Shown piece by piece: positions 1-15,690 of a stretch of 64,000 nt of DNA. The notes beneath the pieces are model-generated. The model did not search any database. It was not told the DNA's origin and saw only the letters and a list, made by a program, of their open reading frames with translations. This DNA is from the human T2T-CHM13v2.0 reference genome, Homo sapiens. The stretch lies in assembly GCF_009914755.1 (NCBI RefSeq), contig NC_060927.1. The stretch is one strand, 5' to 3'. Made by a program: the position numbers and the translations under genes. Numbering within the stretch: the stretch's first letter is position 1; each line of letters starts with the position of its first letter.

Positions 1-515
1 AAGTATTTGATGATTATTTTGGTATTATTGTAAATGGCACCTCAAAATTTTCATTTGGTAATTGTTGCCAGCACATACACACTAAACTAATTTTTGTATG
101 TTGATTATATCCAGCAATCTTGCTAAACTTACTCATTAATACTAATAGGTTATTATTGGATTTTGGATTTTTTCCATATACAATATTATCATCTTAAATA
201 ATGAGTTTGTATGTTTCATTTCAAACTTTATTATTTTTATTTTTATTTCTGCCTCATCGAAACAACTGGGCTCTGCTGTATAATGTTGAATAGAAATGAT
301 AGTGGCGGACATCCATTTCTTGTTCCTATCCTTAGGAGAAAAGCATTCAGTATTTTACCATTAATGATGATGTTAGCTGTGTGTGTGTGTGTGTGTGAGC
401 GTGCGCGCACACACATTTCTTTGATGGAAACTCTTTATCAGATTAAGAAAGTTCTCCTCTGTGCCTCTTTTGCTGAGAGTTAAAAAAAAACATGAATAAG
501 TATTGAATTTTAATG
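1..515 (-). mobile_element. Old L1M LINE-1 ORF2-region fragment, with (TG)n at ~378-396
   Basis: Typical antisense L1M text (aatgttgaatagaaatgatagtggcggacatccatttcttgttcct...aaagcattcagtattttaccattaatgatgatgttagctgt). Confidence 0.8.
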
Positions 516-1494
516 AATCTTTGCCCATATGTATTGATTTTCATTCACATCTTCAGCTGCACCTCTCGAAAGCTGGAAAGTGGTATGTGGCTGGTGTCAG
601 GCCAGAGGTTTCAGAGGGAGTCCTGCCCCTGTGGAGACCGGATGTGACGGTTACAGGAGGGCCGGAATGGGAGACAGCCCTAAAGGCACAAGTCAGCCCC
701 AAAGACACAAGTCAGTGACACTGACGTGATCACGCACCTCGGTCCTTGTGAACTCCTCTTCTACTCACTCCCAGCAAGCACTTGGGATCTGTTTTCTGAA
801 TGGTAACTAGTGCCATGCATATAACCCTGTGGCAGGAACTGTGCTAGGCATGATGGGAGGGCACAGGACATAGCTACTGCCCCTCCAGGGCGCTGGGGGT
901 GTCTCCATGTATCACACCATCCTGCAGTTCCTAGGAGGGCCCCAACTCTGGGCTAGAGCTACAGGCCTGTGTCCCTTGCCTCCACCAGCCCCGCAGCACC
1001 CCCTCCCTGCCCCCGCCAGAGACCAGGGCCCTCAGGAGCAGTCAGACCGACCACGAACAAACAGGGCAAGAGCAGTGGAAAATGCCCCAAATGGTCCCCA
1101 CCCTCACCCATCTCTCCCCGCTGGTCAGTTGTCTTGTGGATTCTTGGCCTTCCCAGTGCGGTCTGGGAAGACTTAGATGGTTTCCTTCCAAAGCCCCAAG
1201 AAGCCAAGAACAGGAGCTGCTCCAGGCCATTTCTGTCCCTGGGTCTCCTTTCAAAGGATTTCTGGGTCAATGAAGACACAATGTGGCTTGTGGGCAGTCA
1301 AGAGAGAGGGCCTATCGTTGTTTCAGATTTCTGGCTTGGCTCAGAGATTCAGACTCTCCAATTCCCACACTAGATGCCTCAGTCCACTGGGATAAAGGCC
1401 TTGCCTCCAAAGAATGGCCATGACATTTGTTGTTTCTGCCGTGTCTGCTCAGCCTCCCTCACTGTCTTCCATAGCAAGCCTCTGTTCCAGCCAG

Positions 1495-1900
1495 CTTAGT
1501 GTGGAACTTAGGAATTTTTGGGTTATAAATGATAGACACTCACGATAAACTAGCCCAACTCCTAAAGCGGGGATTTATTGGTTCACAGATCTAAAAAGCC
1601 TAGGAGAAAATGGCCTCAGGTTGGGCTGGATCCAGGTGCTCAAACACTGTCACCAGGAATGTGACTGTCTCCATCTGTGGCTCTGTTTTCTCCCGTATGG
1701 GTTTTATTATCTTCCTTTGTGGTGGCAAAGATTGGGCTTGCATCCTTCCAGCTTGACAACTCTGTTGGAAAGACAACACTTTTTTCAATAGGTGCAGCAA
1801 CAATCTCAGGAAAGGCTCTCATTGGCCCAGCTGAATTCACACACCCATATCATGAGAATCAGCCTCACTAGAAACACATGATCTGAGGATGTGGGAAATG
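1495..1900. mobile_element. Old ERVL-class LTR fragment (LTR33-like)
   Basis: ggatttattggttcacag...ggctggatccaggtgctcaaac motif; family from memory. Confidence 0.5.
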
Positions 1901-2249
1901 TGCATCCTCAGAGGAAAAAAAATGGGTGTTACAACCAGAATTAAGGGTTTTAAACAAGCAAAATCAGTAGGTGCCACCTCTTCTAGCTGCCCTGCCACCT
2001 CTATGCCTTTGTTCAAGTTTCCCTTTCTGGAATTCTGTTTGCCTTCCTGGGCTCAATGCTTCCTTTTCTTCAAGCTCCCCCTCCCTTAGGAAGCCTTCCC
2101 TAGCCTTTGAGCCTCCCCCTGCTCTGAACTCACCATGTGCCAATGGTCTAGACATTTGATTTTATTTTAAAATGAACATTATCTGATTTTTTTGATCATA
2201 GCAAAATAATACTTATTTCCCAAACAAATCAGAAGATACAAAAGTGAAA

Positions 2250-2860
2250 TCCTATATCACCCACAGAGCCTGCTCTGAGGAGGCGGCATTGTGCCCAGGT
2301 TTGAGTAGAAATTGGCAGGGATGGGGCAGGGCCAGGATTGTCTCAGGGCCGGGAACCAGCAGTGGGTGGAAAGACCAGGATGGGAAAGAACTCAAAAGAT
2401 TTGAGGACCTGAAGGAGCCCAGTGAGCAGGAGCAGAGAGAGAAGGGGTCAAGGGTATGGAACAAGGTTGGCTTGAGGGTGCTTTTACTCTAGTGAGGCAG
2501 GAAACTGCAGGAGGAGTTTAAGCAGGGAAGCAACATGATCCAGCTGGCGCTGGGGCCATTCTCCGGGCTGTGTACTGGAAAATGCAGAAGGGCAAGGTTG
2601 GAGGCCCCTGCAGTCATCCAGGCCAGACATGATGCTGGTCCGGCCAGAGGTGGTGGTCGTGGAGAGGATTACAAGCCGGTGGGCTTCAGAGACAGAACTG
2701 ACTTGGCGATGCGCTGGTGTAACAGTCAGGGTGGGGGACATGAGGCTGAGTGATTTCTAGGTTTCTGGCTTGAGCAGCCATGTAAATGGGGTGCATTTAC
2801 TGCCATGGGAAAGATGGTGAGTTGGGGACATTCTCTCTAGATGTGAGCCTGAAATGGATC
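2250..2860 (-). mobile_element. L2 LINE fragment
   Basis: ggaggagtttaagcagggaagcaacatgatc and gatttctaggtttctggcttgagcagc are antisense L2 motifs. Confidence 0.65.
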
Positions 2861-3213
2861 TATACTTACATTTTGCATAAGTTGCATGGTGACACTCTGA
2901 TTCCTGCTCTCTTCCCCACTCAACTGAGCATCTTTCCATGTCAGCATGGCACTCATGGCACTTATGACAATGCCTGCACACTATTCCCGAAGATGATATC
3001 CCATAATTTCTTTAACCAAGTCCCCATGGTGGACACATAAGTTGTTTCTGTAGTGCCCATTTAGGACTTGATTAGATTCCATATTACAATTTATTTTATT
3101 TTTATCGAATTATTTGTTTCTCAATCATTAGTCCCTTTATCTTTTCTCCAGCTTTCCCAATTTCAGGACCTGCAAACTTGTCTCCAAGTTCCTGCCCTCG
3201 GTGCCTTGCACTC

Positions 3214-3232
3214 TGGCCACTAGATGGCGGTG
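3214..3232 (+). promoter_or_regulatory. Strong CTCF core motif TGGCCACTAGATGGCGGTG
   Basis: Close match to the CTCF consensus (CCASYAGRKGGCRS) in apparently non-repetitive sequence. Confidence 0.7.
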
Positions 3233-4674
3233 TTGCATAGGGTCCCCGCTGGCTCCAGTCCACAAGAGACTCCACTTAGCAGGACGCCTGACCTCCAGAC
3301 TCCGACCTCCACCCAGCAGGGCAAGACCTTCCCTGGAGACCCATGGGTGGACCTCCCATTCTCAGTGCCCAAAGAATTCCTGCCCTAGGTGTGACCTGCG
3401 GCCCATTTGTAAACGGATGGCTTTGCTCTCCCCTGCAGAAATAGGTTGGGGGTTGAGGGACTGGCGTTTTTGGCAATGGCTTCTGAAATGTGGTATCCCA
3501 GTTGCCTGTGGTGCCTGAGATGGTTCGAGGTGCCAGGAGCTACGTTACCAGAGCTTATTTGGTCGGTTTTTAGAAAAATAGAATTTGTCCTTCAAACCCA
3601 CAGTTTCATGTACTATTATTATTTAGAATGAGATTAAGTCCAAAGAAAAACTTTAAATTAAATTTAAATGTTAAATGTAAAGAAAAATAGCAGTACGGAT
3701 AGAACATAGAGAAATCACTGGATTCACTGCAGATTGCTGGCTTCCAGCTCAGTCTAAATGGGAAATGTTGATGGCTTCATAAAATCTTAGAAGGACTGAA
3801 TTTTAAAACTTAGACCCTGGAGAACATCACACCTAGAAGGAGAACCTTAGAACCACAGTATCTTTGCTGGCATTTTCAAAGATAACGCCATCTTAATCAA
3901 TACTTTATCATCTTTATCTCCGTACTTAAGAAAATGATCTTGCAACTCTGAGAATCCATAACAGCTTGGGATCATAGTATTTTGGAAGATTAGACTTATG
4001 GAATCCTAGACTTCCAGAACTTTAGTGTGAAGAAGTCCACACTAAGGTCAGGTGGAAGAGGAAATTACAGTTGGAAAAGAGAGATTGAGGTCCTGCAGAA
4101 TGGTGGCCCCTGAGGCTCTCACCTTCTTCCTCCTGCCTCCTGTCTGACCCTTCACCCCAGTGTGCTCAGGGCTCCCACTCTGGGCTCTGCTCCCAGCAGA
4201 GAGCATCACCCAGGACAGCTGTCTTCTCTTTAGCAACACTCACTCCCCCATCTCCTTCCTGGCACTCCTCTATGCTAGCTAATCTGACAGCTTAATGAAT
4301 CCACACTGCCTCAGACTGATGGGCAAATGAGTGATTTATGTGAAGAAATGACCTCCCCCTCAAGTAATAAGTGCTTTCTACGGAATGTTGCAATCTACAT
4401 GGTGGTGCTGATGGTGACATTTGAGGCAGGATGGCCAGCAATGAGGAAAATATCATGGCATCTTTGGATGTTTTTCAAATCATCACCTACTAGTGCCTCC
4501 ATTTTTGCTTTTTATTTCCACCAGGGATTGCAGAGATTGGATTTGGGATTGCAGGGAGAGATATCCAGAGGAAACTTGCTTCTGCTTCTTTTCTGATCTC
4601 AAAGTTCAGATGTCCAACTAGAGACCAAACTCATTAGCTTCTGGAGGCCTGAATATTTACAACTCCTTCCCATC

Positions 4675-5668
4675 TTTCTTTCTTTTCTTTTGAGACAGGG
4701 TCACACTGTCACCCAGGCTGGAGTGCAGTGCTGCAATCATGGCTCACTGCAGCCTTGCCCTCCTGGGCTCAGGTGATCCTCCCACAGTTAGTGGTGGTGA
4801 ATCCACACAGGTCTGCAGCAAACTCAGTTCTTGCCTCCTCAGAAGAAAGAGTCTGACCAAAGTGCATAAGGCAGAGTGAGAGACTGAGGAAAGTTTTAGA
4901 GCAGGAGTGAAAGTTTATTAGAAAGTTTTAGAGCAGGAGTGAAAGTTTATTAGAAAGTTTTAGAGCAGGAACGAAAGGAAGTAAAGTACACTCAAAAAGA
5001 GGGCCAGGCAGGAGACTTGAGAGGTGCAAGTGTATGGTTTGACCTTTGACTTGGGGTTTTATACATTGGAGTGCTTCCAGGGGGTCGTGTCCCTTCTCCC
5101 CTGATTCTTCCCTTTGGGTGGCTGTCCACATGCACAGTGGCCGGCCAGCACAGTGTGTTTACTGGAGTTGTGCACGTGCTCACTGGAGGTATTCTTCTCT
5201 TACCAGTCTAGCATTCCTAGAGGAAGTTCATATACCAATTAAACCCCACCGTTTTGCCTCTTAATGCACATGCTTGAGCCCACTCACCCAACTCCTGAGA
5301 TCTTATCAGGAAGCGGCTGATCACCAGCTTCAGGTGTTTCTATCTATTGGGAGACCGGCTTTCCCAGCACTGGCTGTAACCAATTATCATTATTTTAGAG
5401 GGACAGTTAACAACCGCCTGACCGTCACCTGATGGTCACCTCACATTCCTGATCCGGAGGCAGGGCCCTCTCCTGCCCTGCTCATGTCTGACTAGCTACC
5501 TACTGTAACACTACCTCAGTCCCCTCCCCCAAGAGCTGAGACTATAGGAACACACCACCACATCCAGCAAATTTTTGAATTTTTTTGTATAGATGCTGTC
5601 TCAATGTTGCACAGGCTGGTCTCAAACTCCTCAGCTCAAGTGATCCTCCTGCCTTGGCCTCCCAAATC
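4675..5668 (-). mobile_element. AluJ-type SINE split by an LTR (Alu parts ~4675-4785 and 5511-5668)
   Basis: T-tail + gagacagggtc...aggtgatcctcccac, resuming after the LTR at ctacctcagt...ggcctcccaaa. Confidence 0.85.
4786..5510 (-). mobile_element. Solo ERV1 (MER4-group, MER50-like) LTR
   Basis: ggtctgcagcaaactcagttcttgcctcctcagaagaaag...tactgtaaca; imperfect 4-bp TSD ccac/ctac; internal 32-bp tandem duplication at 4889-4970. Confidence 0.75.
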
Positions 5669-6038
5669 CTTCTCATTTTTCAAGACTACTGAGATGTCAC
5701 CTCCTCTGGAAAGCCTTCTGGGATTGTTCTTCCTAGAGAGCTGAACATCTTCTGAGGACTTCGTATCAGCACCATGCATTTGTCTGCCAGCTGTACTCGC
5801 TGAACTGTGTTCACTAATAACCACTGGGGAATGATTATTCCCCAATGTCTTTCTAATGTCTTAGAATTCGTGACCTAGGGTTTGCCAACCTGAGGGCCCA
5901 TAGCGGCCAGTTCAGGATGTCGGGGACTGCAGTAAACCAGAGGATTTATCCGGTGGTCGCTCCTTATTTTGGCCAGCAGGGCCGTCTGGAAATGACAGTT
6001 CAGTGTTGCCAAATCTTCTACCAGTTTTGAAACACTGA

Positions 6039-6425
6039 CGATATGGTTTGGCTCTGTGTCCCCATCCAAATCTCATGTTGAATTATAATCCCCAGTGTTG
6101 GAGGTGATGCCTGGTGGGAGGTGATTGGATCATGGGGCGGACTTCCCCATTTGGTGCTGTTTTTGTGATAGAGTTCTCACGAGATCTGATTGTTTAAAAG
6201 TGTGTGGCACCTCCCCTCTCTCTTCCTCGCACTCTGGCCATGTGAAGTGCCTTGTTCCCCCTTCGCCTTCCGCCATGATTGGAAGCTTCCTGAGGCCCCC
6301 CAAGAAGCAGATGCTGCTGTGCTTCCTGTACAGCCTGTGGAACCATGAGCCAAATAAACCCATTTTCTTTATAATTACCCAGTCTCAAGTATTTCTTTAT
6401 AGCAATTCAAGAATAGACTGATACA
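6039..6425 (+). mobile_element. MaLR LTR (MSTA/MSTB)
   Basis: gatatggtttggctctgtgtccccatccaaatctcatgttg...aataaacc...gactgataca. Confidence 0.85.
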
Positions 6426-6679
6426 GCCGATAGTTATTTTTACATAAAAACCTCTCCTTCCAGGCAAATAAAGCACATCAACAGATTTATCACTGGAGCC
6501 CAGGACTCCTGGAGGCTCTGCTTTAGGTCCTTGTTGGTCTGCATGCTTCTGGGTGCTTGGAGTCATGCATGACAAGGGTGGTCCTTAGCGGACACTGCTA
6601 CTCATTCACCTTCTGCCTGTCGGAGCATCTGGAACCTTACATTATTGAAGGCATGTTGCAGAAGTCAGGTGCATCAGTT

Positions 6680-7130
6680 TTCACACATGACCCCCAAATT
6701 CTTTGATGTTCCTTCCATCAGGAGGCAGGGTGCAACCTAGCCCCTCCTTCCCCTGGAATCTGCAGCCTGTGGCTGCTTGACCAATGGAGTATGGCAGAAG
6801 AGCCACTATGACAGCTTCGGGATACTGGTTCTCAGAACCCAGACAGGCCCTGAGGAAGCCCAAGCAGCCCGTAAGGAGGCTGAGTGGAATGAAACCAAGA
6901 CCCTCATCCCACCCTTATCCTCCCCTGAGCTCCCCCTCATAGCCAGCCCCAACTCGCCATGAGTGCACCATCTTGGAAATGGTCCCCCCCGCCAACCTGT
7001 CCCAGCTGACACCACACAGAGCAGAGATGAGCCTTCCCCTCTAAGCCCTGCCTGAACTGTGGATTCATGAGCAAAATCAAACTACTAAGCATGGGGGTTG
7101 TTTGTCACACAGCAATAGATAACTGCAACA
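6680..7130 (+). mobile_element. MaLR LTR (MLT1F/G/H-like)
   Basis: ccagctgacaccacacagagcagagatgagc...gttgtttgtcacacagcaatagataactgcaaca 3' end. Confidence 0.7.
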
Positions 7131-7826
7131 TCCGTAGACCTGGGCTCCAGTACTGGCTCCTTTTGCCCCTGACTCTGGTATCTTGGACCCCTTGCCTCCC
7201 CACAATCTCAGCCTACACACTTAAGAAGGGAGGGTTTGGTCTGCTCACAGTGTGGAATGCTGTGATGTCTATGCAGCTGTGGGGGTGTGAAGTGGCATCC
7301 CCACCTTGGAAAGCAGTTGGGCATCATCAAGGGAAGCGCAAGACGCCCTGACCCTGTGACCCAGCCATTGCACTCTGAGGTTAACTCTGCACAAGTGCTC
7401 TGGAAGACAAGTTCAGCTGACTTGAGGGCAAACAACTGGAGACGGCCTAGGAGTCCATCCTCGGGAGAAGGGCTTCATGCATCGTGGCTTATGTACAGAC
7501 TGCAGATGAATGGATTCACGCTCTGTGCAGCCGTGTGCAGGAGCCTCCATAACGTGATGTTGAGTCAAAACGATAAGCTGAAGGGTGACTCATCCAGCAT
7601 AGTCCCATTAAGTTTGAGAGCAAACAAAACCAATGTTTATAGATACAGATGTATGTGTGAAAACAAATATGGGAAGGTAAACTCCAGATGCAAGGAGTTA
7701 ATTCCCTCGGGAGGGAGACAAAGACAGAAATGCAATCAGAGAGGGCTGCCTGAGGGCTCTGACTATATCCCGAAAATGATCAGTGAAGGAGGAGGAGCAG
7801 GACCAGCAACCTGTTAGAACTGGAGC

Positions 7827-8143
7827 TGGAGCTAGTTGTGGTAGCAGACATCTGTAATCCCAGGGACTCATGAGGCCAAGGCAGGAGGATTGCTTGAGGC
7901 CAGTTGGAGACTAGCCTGGGCAACATAATGAGACCCTGCATCTAAAAATTAAAAATAAACTAGCCAGGTATGATGGCATGCACTTGACATCCCAGCTACT
8001 TGAGAGACTGAGGCAGAAGGATCGCTTGAGCCCAGGAGCTTGAACCTGGAGCAAATTGTAATTACACCACTGCACTCCATCCTGGGCAACAGAGCGAGAC
8101 CCTGTCTCTAAAAAAAAATAATAAAATGAATTAATTAAAATAA
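7827..8143 (+). mobile_element. AluJ inserted in an old L1ME 3' fragment
   Basis: Alu dimer with A-rich tail; TSD agaactggagc at 7816-7826 and 8144-8154. Confidence 0.85.
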
Positions 8144-10456
8144 AGAACTGGAGCCAAGTGAGAAATCCACAGGTGTTTGTTACATTACTTTCTGTACTTT
8201 TCTATATGTCTGAAATATTTCATAAGTAAAAAGAACAGATTTTCCAAATGAAGAGTTGAAGTCAGTGGTGAGCGGGGCCTCTTCCAGTTTTCTGAGTCAT
8301 GCAGAAGCCTCTGGCAGTTCTAGAGGGTGCATCTGCGTCTCCCACTCTTCCAGCGCAAGCCGGCTCCATATTACGCTCCCAGTCCTAAAACAGAATGACT
8401 AACGTGGGATTCCCACCGTGGCGAGTGTGTGTGCATGTGTGTGTGCGCATGCACTCTCCCAGGGAATCTCCCACCCGCCTCCAGGCTGGCCCGCAGCCTC
8501 TCTGCCTTCTGTACATCTTCCAGAGTGGCCATGTGGGAAGCAGTCCACGTGAGAATGTCAGTACAGGGACTGAGGAGGCTGGGCCTTGGGGGGCCCCCCT
8601 GGCTCCCTGGCCTAATTGCCTCTGACCTTGGGTTTTGCATTCCTCACTTGCAAAGTGTATACAAGGGTAGTGTATGAATCTAAGCTTTCTTCTGGACCCT
8701 CACAGCCTCTCCATCTCTATGCCCTAGACAGCCTTCCCCACAATGAGATAGCAGTAAAAATGACAATTGCAGCTGCTGTTTACTCAGCACCAATAGTTGA
8801 TTATCTCATTTAACCCCCACAACAGACCCCTGATGGATGAGAAGGCTGAGGATCAGCGAGGCCCCGTGGCTTGTCCCAGGAAACACAGTGGAGATGCAGT
8901 GTTGCTGGGGCTTTGAGGAGTGGAGGGAGGAAGGCTACCGTTGCACTGGCTTCTGCCCACCCCAGCCTTTGGCCACCCTGCCCGAGATGCCTCCCTCTCA
9001 GCCCCCGGCTCTGGATTTCCACCGTGAATCCTTCCCTAGCTCAGGCTGGATGGGCTTTGCTGGTTGAGAGTTCTGGGAGCCGGGCCCAGGGAAGCTGGGG
9101 CAGCTGGCAGAGGCCCCTAGGTCCCACGCACACCAGGGCTGCCCAGGGCCTCCAGCCGTGGAGGCAGGGGCAGTGGATAGAAGAGGACACGGGGCTCTCT
9201 CTTGGGAGCTCTTCCCACCAGAGGCCTCTGCTTCAAAAATTCGTGACCCACCATTTCCATGGTGGCCTCTCATGGGGCATCTCCACACCCACAAGTCACC
9301 TGCCATCATCTGACCCTCGCGACACCCTCAACAGGCAGGGCCATTTGTGAAATCTTCTTCCCAGAGGAGGAAACTGGGGGTCAGTGAGGCCCTGTCTCGG
9401 GTCACCACTTCCCAGCCCCTTGAAGAGTTGTCGAAAGTGAGCACATCTGTGCCCACCGTCCCCCAAAGCCTCTCTGCCTCTTCCCCAGAGGTCCCCGCGA
9501 TCCTGATTTTTAACACCATAGGTGAGTTTTGCCTAGTTGAAACTCCATGTAAATGAGGTGGTCCAGTCTGTACTTTTCCTTCCCTGGTTTCTTTTGCTCA
9601 TCACTCTTGGAGATCCCACGCTGCGTGTGACTGTAATTGCTCTTGTTCCTAGCTACATGATATTCCGTGCATGGGTGTGTCACAAGTTCCCCTGACACCT
9701 GCTGACAGGGGTCTGGGCCGTTCTCAGGTTTTGAAGCCAGCTGGCTTTCTGCAGCTCCTGCTGTCCCCTGCCTGAGCCCTGGAGCCTGGCAGCAGCCTGG
9801 GTCGGGAGCAGGTGTTGCAATGCTCCTCATTTTAAAGAAGGAATCAGAAGGCAAGTAGAGACAGGAGCCATCTGCCAAGGTGGGAGCTGGGGTCTACCCG
9901 GGAATACCTGCCTCTAAGCCCCAGCCTTTCCCAGCTCACTAGGTCACTCCCGCCTCCCCTGCCCCAGCCCAGGGCTGCTCACATCTGCCTCTTTGACAGT
10001 CATCTTTGCCATTGGGTGGCCCTGTGTGCTGTCTGCCTGCCCTTCCCCAGCAGGATCCATGAGTGAGTCTGTGCCCGAGGCCAAGCAAGTGCTCAAGACA
10101 TTTGTCATCCGCCCATCCTGCTGCTCCACCCCTGTGTCCTGTCACCTCAGCGTCCAGGGCCTGGGGCTGGTCAGGAGGCCTGAGGTGTTAGAGGGCTACA
10201 AAGTCAGGTAGGGCCTTGGGCAAGTCTCTTTGCCTCTCTGTGCCTCAGCTTCCTCCTCTGTACAGTGACATTGTTGAGAGGATAACGTGAGTTAACCCCT
10301 GAGAGGTGCTTGGCTGAGTGCCTGGCCTGCGGTGAGTGTCCACGGTTGTGGAGGCTGTGATGCCTACCCCTTGTTGCTGTTGTTATAACACAGGTGAAGA
10401 AGACGTCAATTCCCAGGCCTGGCCAACCTCAGCCCAGTGCCCTCCCTGCCCCATTA

Positions 10457-10458
<2 letters not shown>

Positions 10459-10489
<31 letters not shown>
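10459..10489. repeat. (TG)n microsatellite
   Basis: Directly visible. Confidence 0.95.
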
Positions 10490-10495
<6 letters not shown>

Positions 10496-10681
10496 TCCCT
10501 TGAGCTTAACAAAATATTGACTTCCTGATAAAATCCTTGTCCCTAGGCTACTTTCCCTCTCCTTACTGAGCTGACCCTTCAAGGATCTCAGAGCCAAACT
10601 GATGGCTCCACAGTTCCCCCACTGCCTTGGGTCCTACTCTTAGTTTTTAAGACAATTAAATTTAAAAATTTACATGGAGAT

Positions 10682-11034
10682 TGCTATGGTCTGAATGCCA
10701 AATCCATGTGTTGCAACCCTCATCCCCAAGGTGATGGTGTTGGGAGGTGGAAACTTTGGGAGGTGAGGAGGTCATGAGGGTGGGACCCTCATGAATGGGA
10801 TTAGTGCCCTTATACAAGAGGCCCCAGAGAGCTCCCTTGCCCTTCCCACCATGTGAGGACACAGCAAGAAGGCACCATCTATGAATAAGACAGCAGGCTC
10901 TCCCTAGGCACCAAGTCTGCTGGCACCTTGGCCTTGAACTTTCCAGCCCCAGAACTGTGAGAAATAAATTTCTTTGTTTATAAAACCACCCAATCTATGG
11001 CATTTTGTTATAGCAGCAAGAACAAACTAAGACA
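10682..11034 (+). mobile_element. MaLR LTR MLT1A-type
   Basis: tgctatggtctgaatg...ccctcatgaatgggattagtgcccttat...aaactaagaca. Confidence 0.85.
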
Positions 11035-11299
11035 GTGGTAGACACCTGCAGTAAAAAAGTCAAAATTCTCAGAGGAAAACTGGAAAATCAGGCTTTCTTT
11101 CTCATCCTTGTGCATTTTCGGTTGCATCTCATGTGGCTCCAGTATTCCCAGTTCCTTCTGTATCTTTCCAGAGATATTCTATCATACACAGGATGACTCC
11201 TGCATTTATCTTTCACACAAATGGTATTCTCTACATACCTTCTTCACCTTGCTATTATTTTTTACAGCAAGAAAAAAAAATCAAATTGAGCGAAACAGT

Positions 11300-13250
<1,951 letters not shown>

Positions 13251-13254
13251 TTTT

Positions 13255-13880
<626 letters not shown>

Positions 13881-14242
13881 TTCTGTATTTTCTTCCTCGC
13901 AACGTTCAGTTCCTGGCCCATGTATTCTTTCCTACTAGGCCCTGGCATTGTCAATTGGTAGGAGCCCACACTTGACTTTCTGAAGGGAGTGGGCCTGAAA
14001 ATGCCAGGACTGCCTCCTGCGCCAGTCCTTACCCGCTGATGGGGCTGAGATCTTGGTTTATGCCTTGCCCCTAACTTGCTGCCAGGAGTCTCTCCTGCAT
14101 GAGCTCAGTGTCTCCATCTGTGAAGTGGGGATAAAAGTAGCACCCACTCATAGAACTGCTGAGAGGATGTTTATTGATTTATTAGAGACAGGGTCTTGCT
14201 CTGCTGCCCAGGCTGGAGTGCAGTGGTGAGATCGCAGCTCAC

Positions 14243-14670
14243 AAGAGACCACCAAACAGGCTTTGTGTGAGCAGTAAAGCTTTTAATCACCTGGGTGCAG
14301 GCGGGCTGAGTCCGAAAAGAGAGTCAGCGAAGGGAGGTAAGGGTGGGGCCGTTTTATAGGATTTGGGTAGGTAAAGGAAAATTACAAAGGGGGATTGTTC
14401 TCTGGCGGGCAGGAGTGGGGGTCACAAGGTGCTCAGTGGAGGAGCTTTTTGAGCCAGGATGAGCCAGGAGAAGGAATTTCACAAGACAATGTCATCAGTT
14501 AAGGCAAGGACCGGCCATTTTCACTTCTTTTGTGGTGGAATGTCATCAGTTAAGGCGGGGCAGGGCATTTTCACTTCTTTTGTGATTCTTCAGTTACTTC
14601 AGGCCATCTGGGCGTATACGTGCAAGTCACCGGGGATGCCATGGCTTAGCTTGGGCTCAGAGGCCTGACA
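14243..14670 (-). mobile_element. Solo LTR7 (HERV-H), U5 end clipped by about 19 nt
   Basis: Minus strand starts TGTCAGGCCTCTGAGCCCAAGCTAAGCCAT, has two type-I repeats and TATA (cctataaaacggcccc), and ends at ...tggtggtctctt. Confidence 0.93.
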
Positions 14671-14723
14671 GTGAGATCACAGCTCACTGAAGCCTTGACC
14701 TCCTGGGCTCAGGTGATCCTCCC

Positions 14724-15690
14724 TGTGGGGAAAAGAAAGAGATCAGACTGTTACCGTGTCTATGTAGAAAGAAGTAGACATAAGAGACTCCATTTTGTTC
14801 TGTACTAGGAAAAATTCTTCTGCCTTGAGATGCTGTTAATCTGTAACCCTACCCCCAACCCTGTGCTCGCAGAAACATGTGCTGTGTCGACTCAAGGTTT
14901 AATGGATTTAGGGCTATGCAGGATGTGCTTTGTTAAACAAATGCTTGAAGGCAGCATGTTTGTTAAAAGTCATCACCACTCCCTAATCTCAAGTACCCAG
15001 GGACACAAAACACTGCGGAAGGCCGCAGGGACCTCTGCCTAGGAAAGCCAGGTATTGTCCAAGGTTTCTCCCCATGTGATAGTCTGAAATATGGCCTCGT
15101 GGGAAGGGAAAGACCTGACCATCCACCAGCCCAACACCCTTAAAGGGTCTGTGCTGAGGAGGATTAGTAAAAGAGGAAGGCCTCTTTGCAGTTGAGATAA
15201 GAGGAAGGCATCTGTCTCCTGCTTGTCCCTGGGCCATGGAATGTCTCGGTGTAAAACCCGATTGTATGTTCCATCTACTGAGATAGGAGAAAACTGCCTT
15301 AAGGCTGGAGGTGAGACATGCTGGAGGAAATACTGCTCTTTAATGCATCAGATATATTTATGTATGTGCACATCAAAGCACAGCACATTTTCTAACCTTG
15401 TTTATGACACAGAGACATTTTTGTTCACATGTTTTCCTGCTGACCCTCTCCCCACTATTACCCTATTATCCTGTTACAGCCCCCTCTCTGAGATGGCAGA
15501 GATAATGATCAATAAATACTGAGGGAACTCAGAGACCTGTGTCGGCATGGTTCTCCGTATGCTGAGTGCCAGTCCCCTGGGCCCACTTTTCTTTCTCTAT
15601 ACATTGTCTCTGTGTCTCTTTCTTTTCTCAGTCTCTCATCCCACCCAACGAGAAATGCCTACAGGTGTGGAGGGGCAGGTCACCCCTTCA
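14724..15690 (+). mobile_element. Solo HERV-K(HML-2) LTR, LTR5B-like, 967 bp
   Basis: tgtggggaaaagaaagagatcag...gatcaataaatac...caccccttca; TG..CA ends; 5-bp TSD ctccc (14719-14723 / 15691-15695). Confidence 0.93.

Noticed and set aside
4889-4970. Repeated GTTTTAGAGC resembling the SpCas9 repeat/sgRNA scaffold
   Set aside because: Only a 10-nt match, part of the ERV1 LTR sequence plus a 32-bp tandem duplication; no variable spacers.
14243-15690. LTR7 and LTR5B as the two ends of one provirus or an SVA
   Set aside because: Different families in opposite orientation, each with its own flanking duplication; no internal sequence, VNTR or hexamer.
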